From Octopus vulgaris (Eukaryota), in the NCBI GenBank assembly GCA_951406725.2, contig OX597824.1, forward strand, positions 33,418,001 to 33,482,000: a stretch of 64,000 bases of DNA, in the 5' to 3' direction. Below the pieces are notes generated by a model. It was not told the origin of the DNA, ran no database searches, and saw only the letters and a list, made by a program, of their open reading frames with translations. A program made the position numbers and the translations under genes. Shown piece by piece: positions 16,790 through 30,195 of the stretch; position 1 is the first letter of the stretch, and every line of letters starts with the position of its first letter.

Positions 16790-17115
16790 GTGTTTGGTTT
16801 TTTATAAACCAATTATTTATTCTGTCCATCTCTTTTATCGAACCACTAAGATACCGGGACGTAAACACACCAACAGCGGTTGTCATGCTATGGTGGGAGA
16901 CAAACACAGACACAAAGATACACACACATACACACATATATTCATATATATACGACGGGCTTCTTTCTCTTTCCGTCAACCAAATCCACTCACAAGGTTT
17001 TGGTGGGTCCGAGGCTATAGTAGGAGACACTTGCTTAAGGTGCCACGCAGTAGGACTGAACCTAGAAACATGTGATTGGGAAGCAAGCTTCTTACCACAC
17101 AGCCACGTCTGCGCC
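16790..17115 (-). mobile_element. SINE-B lacking its 3' tail
   Basis: Head and body motifs. Confidence 0.85.
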
Positions 17116-17416
17116 TATATATAAATATATATATACCAGATTAAGCCCATTAATGAGATGTCTTTGCAGCTTTATTAATAAAGTATATATATATCATGTG
17201 TGTGTGTGTGTGTGTGTGTGAACTGGAGCAGCTGCAAATGAGCATCACAGCAGCAAGGTGGCGGGGGTGAAGATAACTTTGCGATAACCGTCTTTGGTCA
17301 GTGGGGTAGTGGCGTGGCTTTAATTCCCATAGGCGCTTAAACGCCCCGGAAACTGGATAAGCTCCGCTCTAATGAGTTCACTAACTCGAGACAAGACTAT
17401 TTTATTCTTTCACTTT

Positions 17417-18110
<694 letters not shown>

Positions 18111-18645
18111 CTGCAGCAATTCTTTTTATCAGAGCACACGGATGTATGCAAATCAAAAAAATTACCGAACACATTCGACGGCAGAATTACGTTATTTTAT
18201 GTTGCATGTTACATATTTTCCTATTTATATACTTACATGCTTCCATATTTTATATTTACATATTTACAACATGTAGGATGATTCATGTTGAGAACAACAA
18301 AGCTGTTGCTAGTTTCATCTTTTATTTTTTACGATCCAAGAATGATGAAAGTGCTGGAATAAATCATGCGAATGATATGTATATTTACATATATGCAGCG
18401 ATAGTAAAAAACCGCTGTTAGAACTCAATATGCCGATGCATTAGAGTAAAGAATTTGGTGGGTAAGGAGTGTAATGTGAAATTAAATAAAATGACAAGGG
18501 AACAAGAATTACGTAATTAATTTCCTTGGCTTACGGCTGTTCCTGTCATAACAAGCTGTGCACTCAGAGCTCAGTGCTTGTGCGTCACCATTTAGCTTCG
18601 CCAGAGCCATTAAAATAAAGTATATGTTTATGCCGGAATGCATTT

Positions 18646-18684
<39 letters not shown>

Positions 18685-18687
<3 letters not shown>

Positions 18688-18934
18688 ATCTTTTTACTTG
18701 TTTCAGTTATTAGACTGCGTTCATGCCGGAGTACCAGCGTGAATTTTATCTTTTAGTCCAATGAATCGACCACAACGCTTATATTTTTTTAAAAATCTAA
18801 TTCTTATTCTGTTGGTCTCTTTTGCCGAACCACTAAGTTACGGGGGGCGCGAAAGCACCATCACCGATTGGCAAGAGGTGTGAGGCGTGGGGACAAACAC
18901 AGACACAAAGACACATATACACACACACACTCAC

Positions 18935-18965
<31 letters not shown>

Positions 18966-18978
18966 CATATATATATAC

Positions 18979-19009
<31 letters not shown>

Positions 19010-19171
19010 GGGATTTTTTTAGTTTCCATCTACCAAATCCACTCATAAGGGCTTGGTCATCCCGAAGCTATAGTCGAAGACACTTGCCCCAAGTGTCTTG
19101 CAGTGGGACTGATCCCGTAACCATGTGATGTGGTTGGGAAGCAAGCTTCTTACTACACAGCCACGCCTACG

Positions 19172-19175
<4 letters not shown>
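18685..19175 (-). mobile_element. SINE-B, full length, diverged
   Basis: Head ggcgtaggcgtggctgtgtagtaagaagcttg; tail ...taactgaaacaagtaaaaa. Confidence 0.85.
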
Positions 19176-19224
<49 letters not shown>

Positions 19225-19241
19225 CACACACACACACACAC

Positions 19242-19345
<104 letters not shown>

Positions 19346-19577
19346 GTGTGTGTGTATGCATGTATGTATGTATGTATGTATGGGAAATTACAATAAACAC
19401 AGGTTTATATCATTGGTTCCTACATACGTTTCTGAATGTTCCAAGGGCATTTAAATGCTTAGCCGCTACTGATCAACAGCGAACACCTTATTACGTCATG
19501 TTACAGAGAACGAATATCTCAAGGTACACAAGCAACAGTGTGTATGTATGTGTATATAAATATATATATATATAGAG

Positions 19578-20395
19578 AGAGGGTGCGATGAGTAAATTGT
19601 CACCATGTTATATTTTAATTTTCATGCATGCGCTTTGTTTGTTTTTGATTTTGTTGACTACACAGTATAGTAGAGTCTGCTGGGCACCGTCTGTGAGAAA
19701 AACAGTACCATGACGCAATTCACTCTGCCAGAAATGTGGAAACGACATGCTGTACTGCTTTGAATTCGAGCCGGAAGCTCCAATACGAACATTTCAGAAA
19801 GTTCGGGAGTCAATCTGAGGACAGTGCAGAGGATTCAGAAAGAGTGAATAAGTCTAATGATGATTACGAAGGTACGACAACTCTGATCGTTCTGATAAGA
19901 AAAAAACTCCTGAATTTGTTTGTAAGATCCAGAACATGATTGACAATGATCCTTCAAGTCAATCAGGTCCATCGCCAGGGACATGGGAGAGTCTGAGCTT
20001 TTTGTCAGGTAGTGCATGAAGACATTCAGTATTCCTCATACAAGATGAGAAAGAGAAAATTTTTTATCCCAAGCCATCAAGGACAAGAGGAAAGACTATG
20101 CTACAAAACTTTTTGAACAAACTCAAGCATCCCCTCCAAATGAACATGCTTTGGTTTTTCTCAGACGAGAACAATTTCTGCCAAGATCAGATGGTAAACA
20201 CAAAACGACTGTTAGCTTGCCGTGTTCTCAAAACATGTACCGAGAGTGATAAAAACCAAACATCCAGTCCACATCATAGTGTTTGGAGAGATCACTAGTG
20301 ATAGTGACGTTATACCTCCATTCATCTTCCCATAAGGCCTCAGATTCAACACAGAGGCCTACATCATATCCTTAGAGGAGGTAGTGCTGTCTTGT
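19578..20395 (+). mobile_element. Tc1/mariner-superfamily transposase pseudogene, 5' part (probably DD37D/maT-like)
   Basis: Disrupted frames give WFFSDENNFCQDQ and KTKHPVHIIVFGEITSDSDVIPPFIFP.GLRFNTEAYI, typical of the catalytic domain; contains stops and frameshifts. Confidence 0.75.
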
Positions 20396-20399
20396 AAGA

Positions 20400-20950
20400 A
20401 AGGAAAGGTACCAGCCCACTTATGCGTACCTTTCCTTCATTGGACACTAAACTCTTCTTGCGAAGACCTGTTGAGGTAAGTGAAATCGAAATCAAATTCG
20501 ATGACTGGCATCCGTGCTAGTGGAGCGCTAAGAGCACCATCCGAGCGTGATCATTGCCAGAGCAGCTAACTGGCTTCCGTGCCGGTGGCGCGCAAAAAGC
20601 CCCATTCGAGCGTGATCGTTACCAGCGTCGCCTTACTGGCACTTGTACTGATGACACGTGAAAAAACATTCGAGCGATGTCGTTGCCAGTGCCGCTGGAC
20701 TGGCTCTTGTTCAGGTGGCACGTAAAAAAACAGCATTTGAGCGTGGCCGTTGCCAGTACCGCTTGACTGACTCTCATGTCGAAGGCACGTAAAAGCACCA
20801 CTACGCTCTCGGAGTGGCATCCAGCTGTAAAAACTCTGCCAGATTAGACTGGAGCCTAGTGCAGCCATCTGGTTCGCCAATTCTCAGTCAAATCGTCCAA
20901 CCCATGCTAGCATGGAAAGCAGACGTTAGACGATGATGATGATGATGATA
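20400..20950 (+). mobile_element. 3' portion of a retroelement (RTE-type 3' UTR or derived non-autonomous element) with ~65-bp internal repeats and a (GAT)n tail
   Basis: ggcatccagctgtaaaa motif, ccatgctagcatgg terminal hairpin, gacgatgatgatgatg tail; clade is inferred. Confidence 0.6.
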
Positions 20951-20997
20951 ATGCATGTATATATATATATATATATATGTGTATATACATATATATA

Positions 20998-21709
20998 CTA
21001 GCTGGTGTACCCGGTAATTCGTTGGAGGTCTGTTATCTCCATCCCAGCCCCTGGTGTCCTAGAAGCGGTTAGAAGAATCAAGAGGCAAAGACATTATTCT
21101 GCTTAGCGAAGGCATCTGGAAAATGTATAACTGGTGTCATTCACAGAAAAACTATTGTTTAACCGTGAGGAAAGCGTTGTTGACGTGTTAAGTGAAATTT
21201 GGCAATCGAAGATCGAATCAACGCTATGCCTGCATGAAGCCACATAACGGAATAAGAAATTTATCTACTGTCATGGAAAAAGTGTAACTGTAAAAATGCA
21301 GAATTATCGGAGTAATGGGAATTCAAAAAACTGTGTATGTATAGAAATGTATGAATGAAATCCTTAAGATTTAAGATTCAAATCAAAGAAGTGCAATAAT
21401 AATGTTTAGCAGTTCAAAACTGAGTAGTGAAATGCTGAATTAGGTCGGCTGATCGTGAGAATCAAATATTGATCGCTTCGCTAAAAACTGCAGGTGGTAT
21501 GGGTTATTTCCTTTGGGTTGTTTAAATAAAATATTAGTAATATGAAGTAGATAGAAGGATCCATTGTAGGGCCTTATTATCAATTTTTTTCAACAATCTA
21601 AGTTTTTCACGAGATTTCCAGACATGAGTTCTACTCACGTGTCAAGTTTCATAAAAATATATAAAATGCCACAAACAAACGCACACCGATCTTCCACATA
21701 TATAGTAGA
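20998..21709 (-). mobile_element. Non-autonomous Helitron-like element
   Basis: On minus: 5' A|TCTACTATATAT and 3' ccgggtacaccagCTAG|T; hairpin degenerate. Confidence 0.55.
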
Positions 21710-21724
21710 TCTATCTATATAAAA

Positions 21725-22120
21725 CGCGCAGGCGTGGCTGTGTGGTAAGAAGCTTGCTTTCCAATCACATGGTCCTGGGTTCAGCCCCACTGCGTGGTAC
21801 CTTGGGTAAGTGTTTTCTATTGTAACATCGGGCCGACCAAATCTTGGTGAATTAATTTGGTAGACGGAAACTGAAAGAAGCCCGTCGTGTATATATATAT
21901 TTGTGTGCGTATGCATATTTATATGTGTGTGTCTGTGTTTGTTCCCCCACCATCGCTTGACAACCAATATTGGTGTGTTTATGTTCCTGAAACTTAGCGG
22001 TTCGGCAAAAGCGACCAACAGGATAAGTACTAGGTCAGAAAGAACAAGTCCTTGGGTTGATTTCTTTGACTAAAGGCGGTGTTCCAACATGGCCACAGTC
22101 AAATGACTGAAATCGAAATA
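21725..22120 (+). mobile_element. SINE-B, full length
   Basis: Full layout. Confidence 0.9.
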
Positions 22121-22122
22121 AA

Positions 22123-22177
<55 letters not shown>

Positions 22178-22183
22178 TACATT

Positions 22184-22390
22184 TAGTTAGTTAGTTAGTT
22201 AATTTGGCTCAAAAGCAAATAGCAAGGCCATGTAGGGGGACATGGAGTTAAGTACAGGGTGGTGTTCATGTAAAGAGTTCAGGCCACTTGAGGTCCAGGG
22301 AGGCTTTGAACAAAGCGGTCGTCGGCATCTTCACCATCTCGTCTGGCAGCTTGTTCCACGGATCCGCAACCCGGACGGAGAAAGCTCCTC
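22184..22390 (-). mobile_element. 3' end of a CR1-clade LINE with a (TAAC)n tail
   Basis: Translates GAFSVRVADPWNKLPDEMVKMPTTALFKASLDLKWPELFT*, the FSxRV..WNxLP..FK..LD C-terminal signature. Confidence 0.8.
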
Positions 22391-22924
22391 TCCTTCGATT
22401 AAGATGAAATCAATGATTATACACATACATGTTTGTGTGTGTTTGTATAAGTATATGTATGTATAAGTATATGTATGTAAATGTGATATATATATGCATA
22501 TATATGTGTATGATAAGAACTTATGTGTTCTTCTATAGTTAAGAATGTCATCTCTTAATCCATCTGCTTCGCGATGCATTCTACCAAATTCCATTGTTAA
22601 AATATATAATTAGCAATTCAATGTAGAATTGTTAATAAAAGATATTTCGTGTCTTTCTCGCGTCAAATGATCACATGAAAAGGAAAATACTTAATTTGTC
22701 AAAGGTAAGAAGTTTCCAGCTAAAAATTTATAGCAACTTTTCCCATAACGAAATAATTAAGGAAGAAAAAAAATCAAGTCGTTGAGAGTTAACTTCCGAT
22801 TAAATACTATAGAATATATTTTCTGGTGTTTTCACTACTGAAATTGGATTTGCTTTATGCCTAAATTTAAAAAAACCCATTGAAGACGTATGGCCTACTG
22901 AAGATTTTAACGGCTCTGCGCGGT

Positions 22925-23625
22925 CACGTGGTTTCGGATTCATCCCCACCTTAGGCCAAATATCTTCTACTCTAGCCCTGAGCCGACATGTGCGTTTTGA
23001 ATGAATTTGGTTGCCGGATACTTTGTGGAAGCTCATCATATGTGTGTATGGGTGCGTCTGTGCTTGTTTTTGTTCACCCTCACCACTTGACAATTGGTAA
23101 TGCTGGTTTGTTTGCGTCCCCGAAACTCTGCAGTTCGACAAAAGAGACCGATAATATATAATATACTTTAAAAAAGAAATGAAAACAAATACACATGCTT
23201 GAGTTGTTCGACTGAAAATGGTAATGAAAAAAATGTATATTTATTCCAATACATAAAATATTGGTCTCAAATTTTGGCACAGGGCCAGTAATTTCTGGGG
23301 AGGGTTAAGTTGATTAGATCGACCCCAGTACTTAACTGTTACTTATTTTATCGTACCCGAAAGGATGAAAGGCAAAGATGTACCCGGTGACATTTGAACA
23401 CAGAATGTTAAAGACGGACGAAACGCCGCTATGCATTTTGCCTTAAGCTATTTTGAATATTAAAATGTCTTCGGTGGGGGGTAGGTAGGTCAATTGCATC
23501 AACCCCAGTGTCCAACTGGTAATTTTATCAAATTCGAAAAGAGGAAAAGCAAAGTCAACCTCAGTAGAATTTGAACTCAGAACGTAAAAAAACGGCGAGC
23601 TAACGATTCTGCCAACGCGCCATCC
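22925..23625. mobile_element. Degenerate SINE-B (+, 22925-23230) followed by two SINE-A copies (-, 23260-23445 and 23480-23625)
   Basis: Family motifs. Confidence 0.7.
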
Positions 23626-24195
23626 TCCTTGCCGATGTATCAGATGTTAATAGAAAACTAGGGCAACTTCCAGCAGTTGCACAAGACACCATTAGTTACT
23701 TTTCAGTAAAATTACGATTTTCTTCATCACATTTGACGTTGTCCTGGTTGAGGTGGTGGTGTAGATGGAAAAGCTAAATGAAGATTATTGCCGACATCTC
23801 TGGACGTTTAACACAACCGCTTCTGTTCAGAAATTAACATTGAGAACAGAATTTTCCGAGGAAAACTGTTTCGTGTGCAGGTATAATTTGGTGTATGATC
23901 TGACAAACATTAAAATAACATTTTTTTTTTTTAATATAAGTTACGCCCGGAAACATTTTCAGGTTTTTCTCAACAAAGGCATCCACTTTTTTTTTCATAA
24001 CGAAAACCACTTTCACCCACTGATCTGAAAAACACCTACTTTTGACAAGATGAATGCTATCACTGCCGCGGTTCCTGAAAACTAAAAGTCGATATATCTT
24101 GTAATACAAAATAAGTGATTGTGAATTATTAACACGAATACAATATATTTCCGATATATATGGAAACATTTCTTTCTTGCTCCCTCTGTTTCTGT

Positions 24196-24246
<51 letters not shown>

Positions 24247-24249
<3 letters not shown>

Positions 24250-24457
24250 GGTGTCCCAAAAAAATGTATGCATACTTTAACTGTTTTTGCACTTCAACTG
24301 CATTTTCACACTTCCAGTATCATTTTAGAATGAATTTTCTTTGTTCAAAGCTTAATCTGACTGCCATCATTAAATCCTATAGGTTTCATCTGGAAAGAAA
24401 AAATATCAAATGAGTTATCAGCTGCTAAAGTGTGTATACATTTTTTGGGGGGACACC

Positions 24458-24460
<3 letters not shown>
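24247..24460. mobile_element. Tc1/mariner MITE inserted in (TA)n
   Basis: TIRs cagggtgtcccaaaaaaatgtat... and ...atacattttttgggggacaccctg, flanked by TA. Confidence 0.85.
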
Positions 24461-24506
<46 letters not shown>

Positions 24507-24508
<2 letters not shown>

Positions 24509-24670
24509 CGCAAGCGTGTGGTAAGAAATATGCTTCCCAACCACGTGGTTCCGGGTTCAGTCCTACTGCGTGGTACCTTGGACAAGTGTTTTTCTACTAT
24601 AGCCTTAGGCTGACCCAAGCCTTCTGAGTGGATTTAGTAGACAGAAACTGGAAGAAGCCTGTCGTATATA
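24507..24670 (+). mobile_element. SINE-B 5' half
   Basis: Head and CORE-like motif, ending at the internal (TA)n. Confidence 0.85.
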
Positions 24671-24676
24671 TATATA

Positions 24677-25095
24677 GTTAATCTAAACATGAAAACACAA
24701 AGAGAAAACACAACAACGCGAGGACATGGAACAAGTATAGTATTATTGGACGCTCAGGAAAGAAGGAAAGAAGCAGGGCTTAACGTTTCGGGCGGGGCGC
24801 TTCGTCAGAAACATAGGAAAAGGAAAGATCCAAAGAAGGGAAGACGGAGGGAAAAAAATCGCCAACGGTACATACGCGGGGTCAATATATATATACCTGT
24901 GCATATATGAATACAGGACGTCACGCAAACAACGAGAGAAACAGATGGAAAAGAGGACAAGTAACACAAAGAACGACCCTTCATCAGTTGTCGGCTGTCT
25001 ATTAACTCCTCATTTCGAGCATTGAACGACAATATGAGTCTTCGAAGACAGTTACTCCCATAAGTCCTAAAATAAAATTTTGGATTTATGGACGG
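24677..25095 (-). mobile_element. Penelope-like element terminal (pLTR) fragment
   Basis: Carries a minimal hammerhead motif (24776-24815) and a second CTGATGAAG; inserted in (TA)n; no ORF seen. Confidence 0.55.
24776..24815 (-). ncRNA. Minimal type I hammerhead ribozyme motif, degenerate
   Basis: guuu-CUGACGA-A-GCGC ccc GCCC-GAAA-CG-UUA-agc; one helix II mismatch; palindromic AACGUU helix III. Confidence 0.55.
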
Positions 25096-25426
25096 TGATG
25101 TTATAATGGGTGTAGCGTTAAATATACCTTATTTCGCTCTGATTTAATGCAGCATATTTTTAGTGAGCGTGGGTTTAAGCCGTTGGGCAAGATTGGCGGA
25201 GGACAGATTCTATTCCGAAGTATCTATATACAGACAGGGAGTAATTAAGAAAAATAAGCAGAGTAAGGAAAATAAAACTAAAACATACAATAAAGTAAAA
25301 CATTATGTGCGTCGGTACCAGAAAAATTTACTTCTGTATCCACACTTGCGTTCCTGTGTACACCTTCCCGCCTTCCTTCCTCTCTCTCTCTCTCTCTTTA
25401 ACATATATTTATATATATATATATAT

Positions 25427-25489
<63 letters not shown>

Positions 25490-26030
25490 TACTTATGTGC
25501 ATGTATTTATAAACACTCAGTTTGGAACAATAAAAATCTGCAAGACCTTAAAATTTTAACAAGAGGTTTTCCTTCACAACCTTGCTCTCTAAAATGATCT
25601 CTAGATTTTAAAAAATGAAAAAGAAAACATACATACATGCATACGTACACAAATACATCCAACATACATACATACATACATACATACATACATACATACA
25701 TACATACATACATACATACATACATACATACATACATACGTAAATACATACATACTATATACGTACGTACGTACATAGTAAATGCCTAAATGACAATCAG
25801 GATCAGATAGGCTTTTCAGAAAAAGAAATCAACCAGCTTATTCGGATATTACAAATACAATCAGTAAATGGAAGAGTTAAAATATGCAAGACTTTTCTTA
25901 AGTTGAACATGTGATTGTGACATTGTTTTTGTTATCAATATACCAACGGGGAAGCGGGTTATATGTTTGTCAGAAATCAGCTTTTTCCTTACAGAAAGAA
26001 TTCAAATAATTAAAAATAGAAGCGAACATT

Positions 26031-26596
26031 TTGGGTTATCCGGAAAGTTCGTGCCGATTTTTAAAGGAAAGAAAAAGGTCAATAAATACTTGCCATTATA
26101 TTTTTAATCAACCAAATATGAAACATTTTGTTACACAATGCGTCTCCATATTTCCTTTAACTTGAAAATACCCTCTTCCCAGAATCGAGGTGGTTTCATG
26201 GCAAAGAATTCATCAAGGTATCTTTTTACATCATCCAAGGAATTGAAATTTTTACCATTAAGACTATTCTGCAGAGACCTGAATAAGTGGAAATCCGAAG
26301 GAGCAATATCTGTTGAATATGGAGGGTGGGGTAACACATCCCAGCCGAGCTACAGCAATTTTTGTCTGGTTCCCAAAGCATCAAGTGCCGAAAATGAACT
26401 TTCTTATCTTCCATTTTAAAGGGTTACAGAATTAACACGGGTTATAGGAACCTAATCCTTCTTCCACGAAAAGATAGCTTAAACTGTGCTCTAAATGGAG
26501 GTGTAGTCAAATCCTATTTTATTAACTCAAGCATGTTCTAAAATAAGTCGAAAAGTAAGCTACTATAAATCAGCACGAACTTTCCGGACAGCCCAA
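26031..26596 (-). mobile_element. Internally deleted mariner (non-autonomous), both TIRs present
   Basis: TIRs ttgggttatccggaaagttcgtgccgattt / aaatcagcacgaactttccggacagcccaa; encodes LPHPPYSTDIAPSDFHLFRSLQNSL (YSPDLAP..D motif). Confidence 0.92.
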
Positions 26597-26689
26597 TACA
26601 TACATACATACATACATACATACATACATACATACATACATACATACATACATACATACATACATACATACATACATACATACATGCTG

Positions 26690-27140
26690 GCCGTCCACTC
26701 ATGACCGAGGAAGACCATTGCTGACCTTCGGGAACATTGTGCGCTCTAGGACTAACTTATATTTTGCATTTGCAGCTCCGTTGGTGGCTAATAAGTCCTG
26801 CTCTTGACAAGCATACATGACCACAAACATTGCAAACCAAGCTTTCCCCATTCACTACACCAGCAGTGCGCTTTCGAGTAGCACGCTTGAGTTCTTCATG
26901 CAGAATACGTGCTCTCTCAAAGGTGTCGAACCCTCTTTAACCTGCTTCCTCCATCTGTGGCGATGACAGGCATTGCTCTCCCAATCAGTCTCCTGCATAT
27001 CACATACCTTTAATGAGGACTTGACACGGTCCTTAAATCGCAGCCTTGGTTTTTGCCGGGGTCCCTTTCCATTCACAAGTTCCCCATATAGCATCTGCTT
27101 AGCGATCCTGCTATCCTTCGTTCTAATAAGGTGTCCAGTC
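26690..27140 (-). mobile_element. RTE (BovB-like) LINE 3' fragment
   Basis: WTGHLIRTKDSRIAKQMLYGEL..G.PRLRFKD..K, then a CNVCGHVCLSRAGLISH zinc finger. Confidence 0.88.
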
Positions 27141-27239
27141 CAAAACATACATGCATACACGCACGCATACATACATTCACACACACACATACATACATAC
27201 ATACAGATATGCATGCATACATACATGAGTCTATACTTA

Positions 27240-27274
<35 letters not shown>

Positions 27275-27696
27275 GGAAAGAAAGAAAAGGAAAAGAGAGA
27301 AAATTAAAGAAGAAAGAAAGAAAGAAGAAAAGAAGAAAAGAAAGATAAATAAAGAAAGAAGTAAAGAAAAGAGCGATTTGACGTCATTTTGATCTGCGTT
27401 CTGTGTCAAAGAAAGAACGCAGGTTAATATGACGTCATATCTCCATTTCATTTTTCAATCGGTATGTGTGTACGCGCGCGTGTGTGTGTGTGTATGTATG
27501 TGCGTGTGTGTATGTGTGTGTGGTGAGGGTTTCAGTGAGCTAGAGTGTATACGTTTGTTGACGTCATGCAGGTATGAGTCCTTTTCATAAATGACTGAAA
27601 ATTAATTTTGGGTCTTGAAACTTTTCTGAAAAGAAGGAAAAGAAGAATATAACCTATCTATTTATCCAATTATCTAGCTAGCTAGCTATTTGTCTG

Positions 27697-27775
<79 letters not shown>

Positions 27776-27829
27776 CTCTCTTTCTCTCTTTCTCTCTCTC
27801 TCTCTCTACACACATACACACACTACTAA

Positions 27830-27869
<40 letters not shown>

Positions 27870-27874
<5 letters not shown>

Positions 27875-28029
27875 CTCTACAACCCACAGGGAGCTAAACA
27901 CAGAGGGGACAAACGAGGAAAGACAAACGGATTAAGTCAATTTCATCGACCCCAGTGCGTAACTGGTACTTAACTTATCGATCCCGAAAGGATGAAAGGC
28001 AAAGTCGACCTCGGCGGAATTTGAACTCA

Positions 28030-28030
<1 letters not shown>
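27870..28030 (-). mobile_element. 5'-truncated SINE-A1 in (TA)n
   Basis: A1 tail and core. Confidence 0.85.
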
Positions 28031-28098
<68 letters not shown>

Positions 28099-28252
28099 CA
28101 TGCAAGTATGTATGTATGTATGTATGTATGTATGTATGTATGTATGTATGTATGTATGTATGTATGTGTGTATGTATGTATGTATGTCTATGTGGATATG
28201 TGTGTATATGTACAAATAAATATACTCATACATATGTATATATACATTCATA

Positions 28253-28305
<53 letters not shown>

Positions 28306-28419
28306 GTGTTTGTGTGTGTGTGTTTGTATTATGTTTTATTTGTTTGAGTCATTGGAATGTGTACATGCTAGGACACCACCTAGAAGAATATAGTCAAATA
28401 AACTATACTGCTTTAAATT

Positions 28420-28792
28420 ATGGTGGCTGTGTGGTAAGTAGCTTGCTTACGAACCACATGACTCCGGGTTCAGTCCCACTGCGTGGCACCTTGGGCAAGT
28501 GTCTTCTACTATAGCCTCGGGCCGACCAAAGCTTCGTGAGTGGATTTGGTAGATGGAAACTGAATATATATATATATGTATGTGTGTGTTTGAGTGTCTG
28601 TGCCTGTCCCCGCAACATCACTTGACAACTGATGCTGGTGTGTTTACGTCCCCGTAACTTAGCGGTTCGGCAAAACAGACCGATAGAATAAGTACTAGGC
28701 TTACAACGAATAAGTCCTGGGGTCGATTTGCTCGACTAAAGGCGGTGCTCCAGTATGGCCACAGTCAAATGACTGAAACAAGTAAAAGAGTA
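28420..28792 (+). mobile_element. SINE-B nested in an older minus-strand SINE-B
   Basis: Full layout; flanks 28340-28400 and 28792-28860 carry SINE-B tail and body motifs in reverse. Confidence 0.85.
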
Positions 28793-29234
28793 TTCTATCG
28801 GGATCTTTGGCTAGCTACAAAGTTGCCGGGACGTAAACAAACCAATGCTGGTTATCGTATGATTGTAGTGGAGCTTAAAAAAAAAAAAAAGATTTGAATA
28901 CATATATGACCGAGATAATTTGCTTAACTTAAACAAAAATGAGCGAAGGGAAATAACTCAGTGATCAGCGTCATGTATTTGAATAACATAGACAAATATA
29001 GGTATATCAAATACCGTACAACATGTGTATTTTATTTATTTAAATCATTTCCGCCTTTAGAGATGTGGCACAGTTACCAAGTGGAAATTATCATCAGCTC
29101 CACCTGAGAAGGGGAGTTAATCGCGAGAATCAAGCATTCTATTTGGGTTATTTTACAGACTCCTTATTGTTTCGTAGTATTCAGTAAAATAATGGTCTAA
29201 ACAAAGCAAAACAGAAAATTTCGGAAAGAATATT

Positions 29235-30123
29235 GCTTTCAAATTTTGGCACAAGGCCCGCAATTTCGGAAAAGAGATAAATCTATTTACATCAACCACA
29301 GTGTTCCACTGGTACTTATTTTATCGCACCCCGAAAGGGTGAAAGGCAAAGTCGAGCTCGTAGGAATTTGAACTCAGAATGTAGCGGCAGGCGAAATACC
29401 TATTTCTTTACTACCCACAAGGGGCTAAACACAGAGAGGACAAACAAGGACAGACAAACGGATTAAGTCGATTATATCGACCCCAGTGCGTAACTGGTAC
29501 TTATTTTATCGCACCCCGAAAGGGTGAAAGGCAAAGTCGAGCTCGTAGGAATTTGAACTCAGAATGTAGCGGCAGGCGAAATACCTATTTCTTTACTACC
29601 CATAAGGGGCTAAACAAAGAGAGGACAAACACGGACAGACAAACGGATTAAGTCGATTATATCGACCCCAGTGCGTAACTGGTACTTATTTAATCGACCC
29701 CGAAAGAATGAAAGGCAAAGTCGACCTCGGCGGAATTTGAACGAACTCAGAACGTAACGCGAGACGAAATACCGCTAAGCATTTTGCTCGGCGCAAAAAC
29801 GATCCTGTCAGCACGCCACCTTAATTTCGGAAAGAATATTAATGTCATACTTTCGTTACGTTTTCTTTTCGTGATAACATTTAAAATTTTGGAAATCCCT
29901 ACATGGTAAAATTGTTTAAAAAGACACAAAGCCAGTAATTTTGAGCGATAGGGTAAGTCGATTACATCGACCCCAGTGTTTAAATGGTATGTATTTTATC
30001 GAGCCCGAAAAGGATAGAAAGCTAAGTCGACATCGCTGGAATTTTGAACTCAGAAATGTAAAGACGGGTGAAGTGCCGCTAAGCATTTAGCCCGGCGTGC
30101 CAACGATTGTCAGCTCGCAACCT
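29235..30123 (-). mobile_element. SINE-A trimer (29235-29822: head, A1, A1, A3) plus a single A3 copy (29925-30123)
   Basis: Units joined at gaaata-GGTA-tttcg. Confidence 0.9.
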
Positions 30124-30195
30124 TATTTCGATTTATTAATATTACAAAACACCAACTAGTGCAAATGAAAGAATATTTCTTAAGGTCTTGATTCT

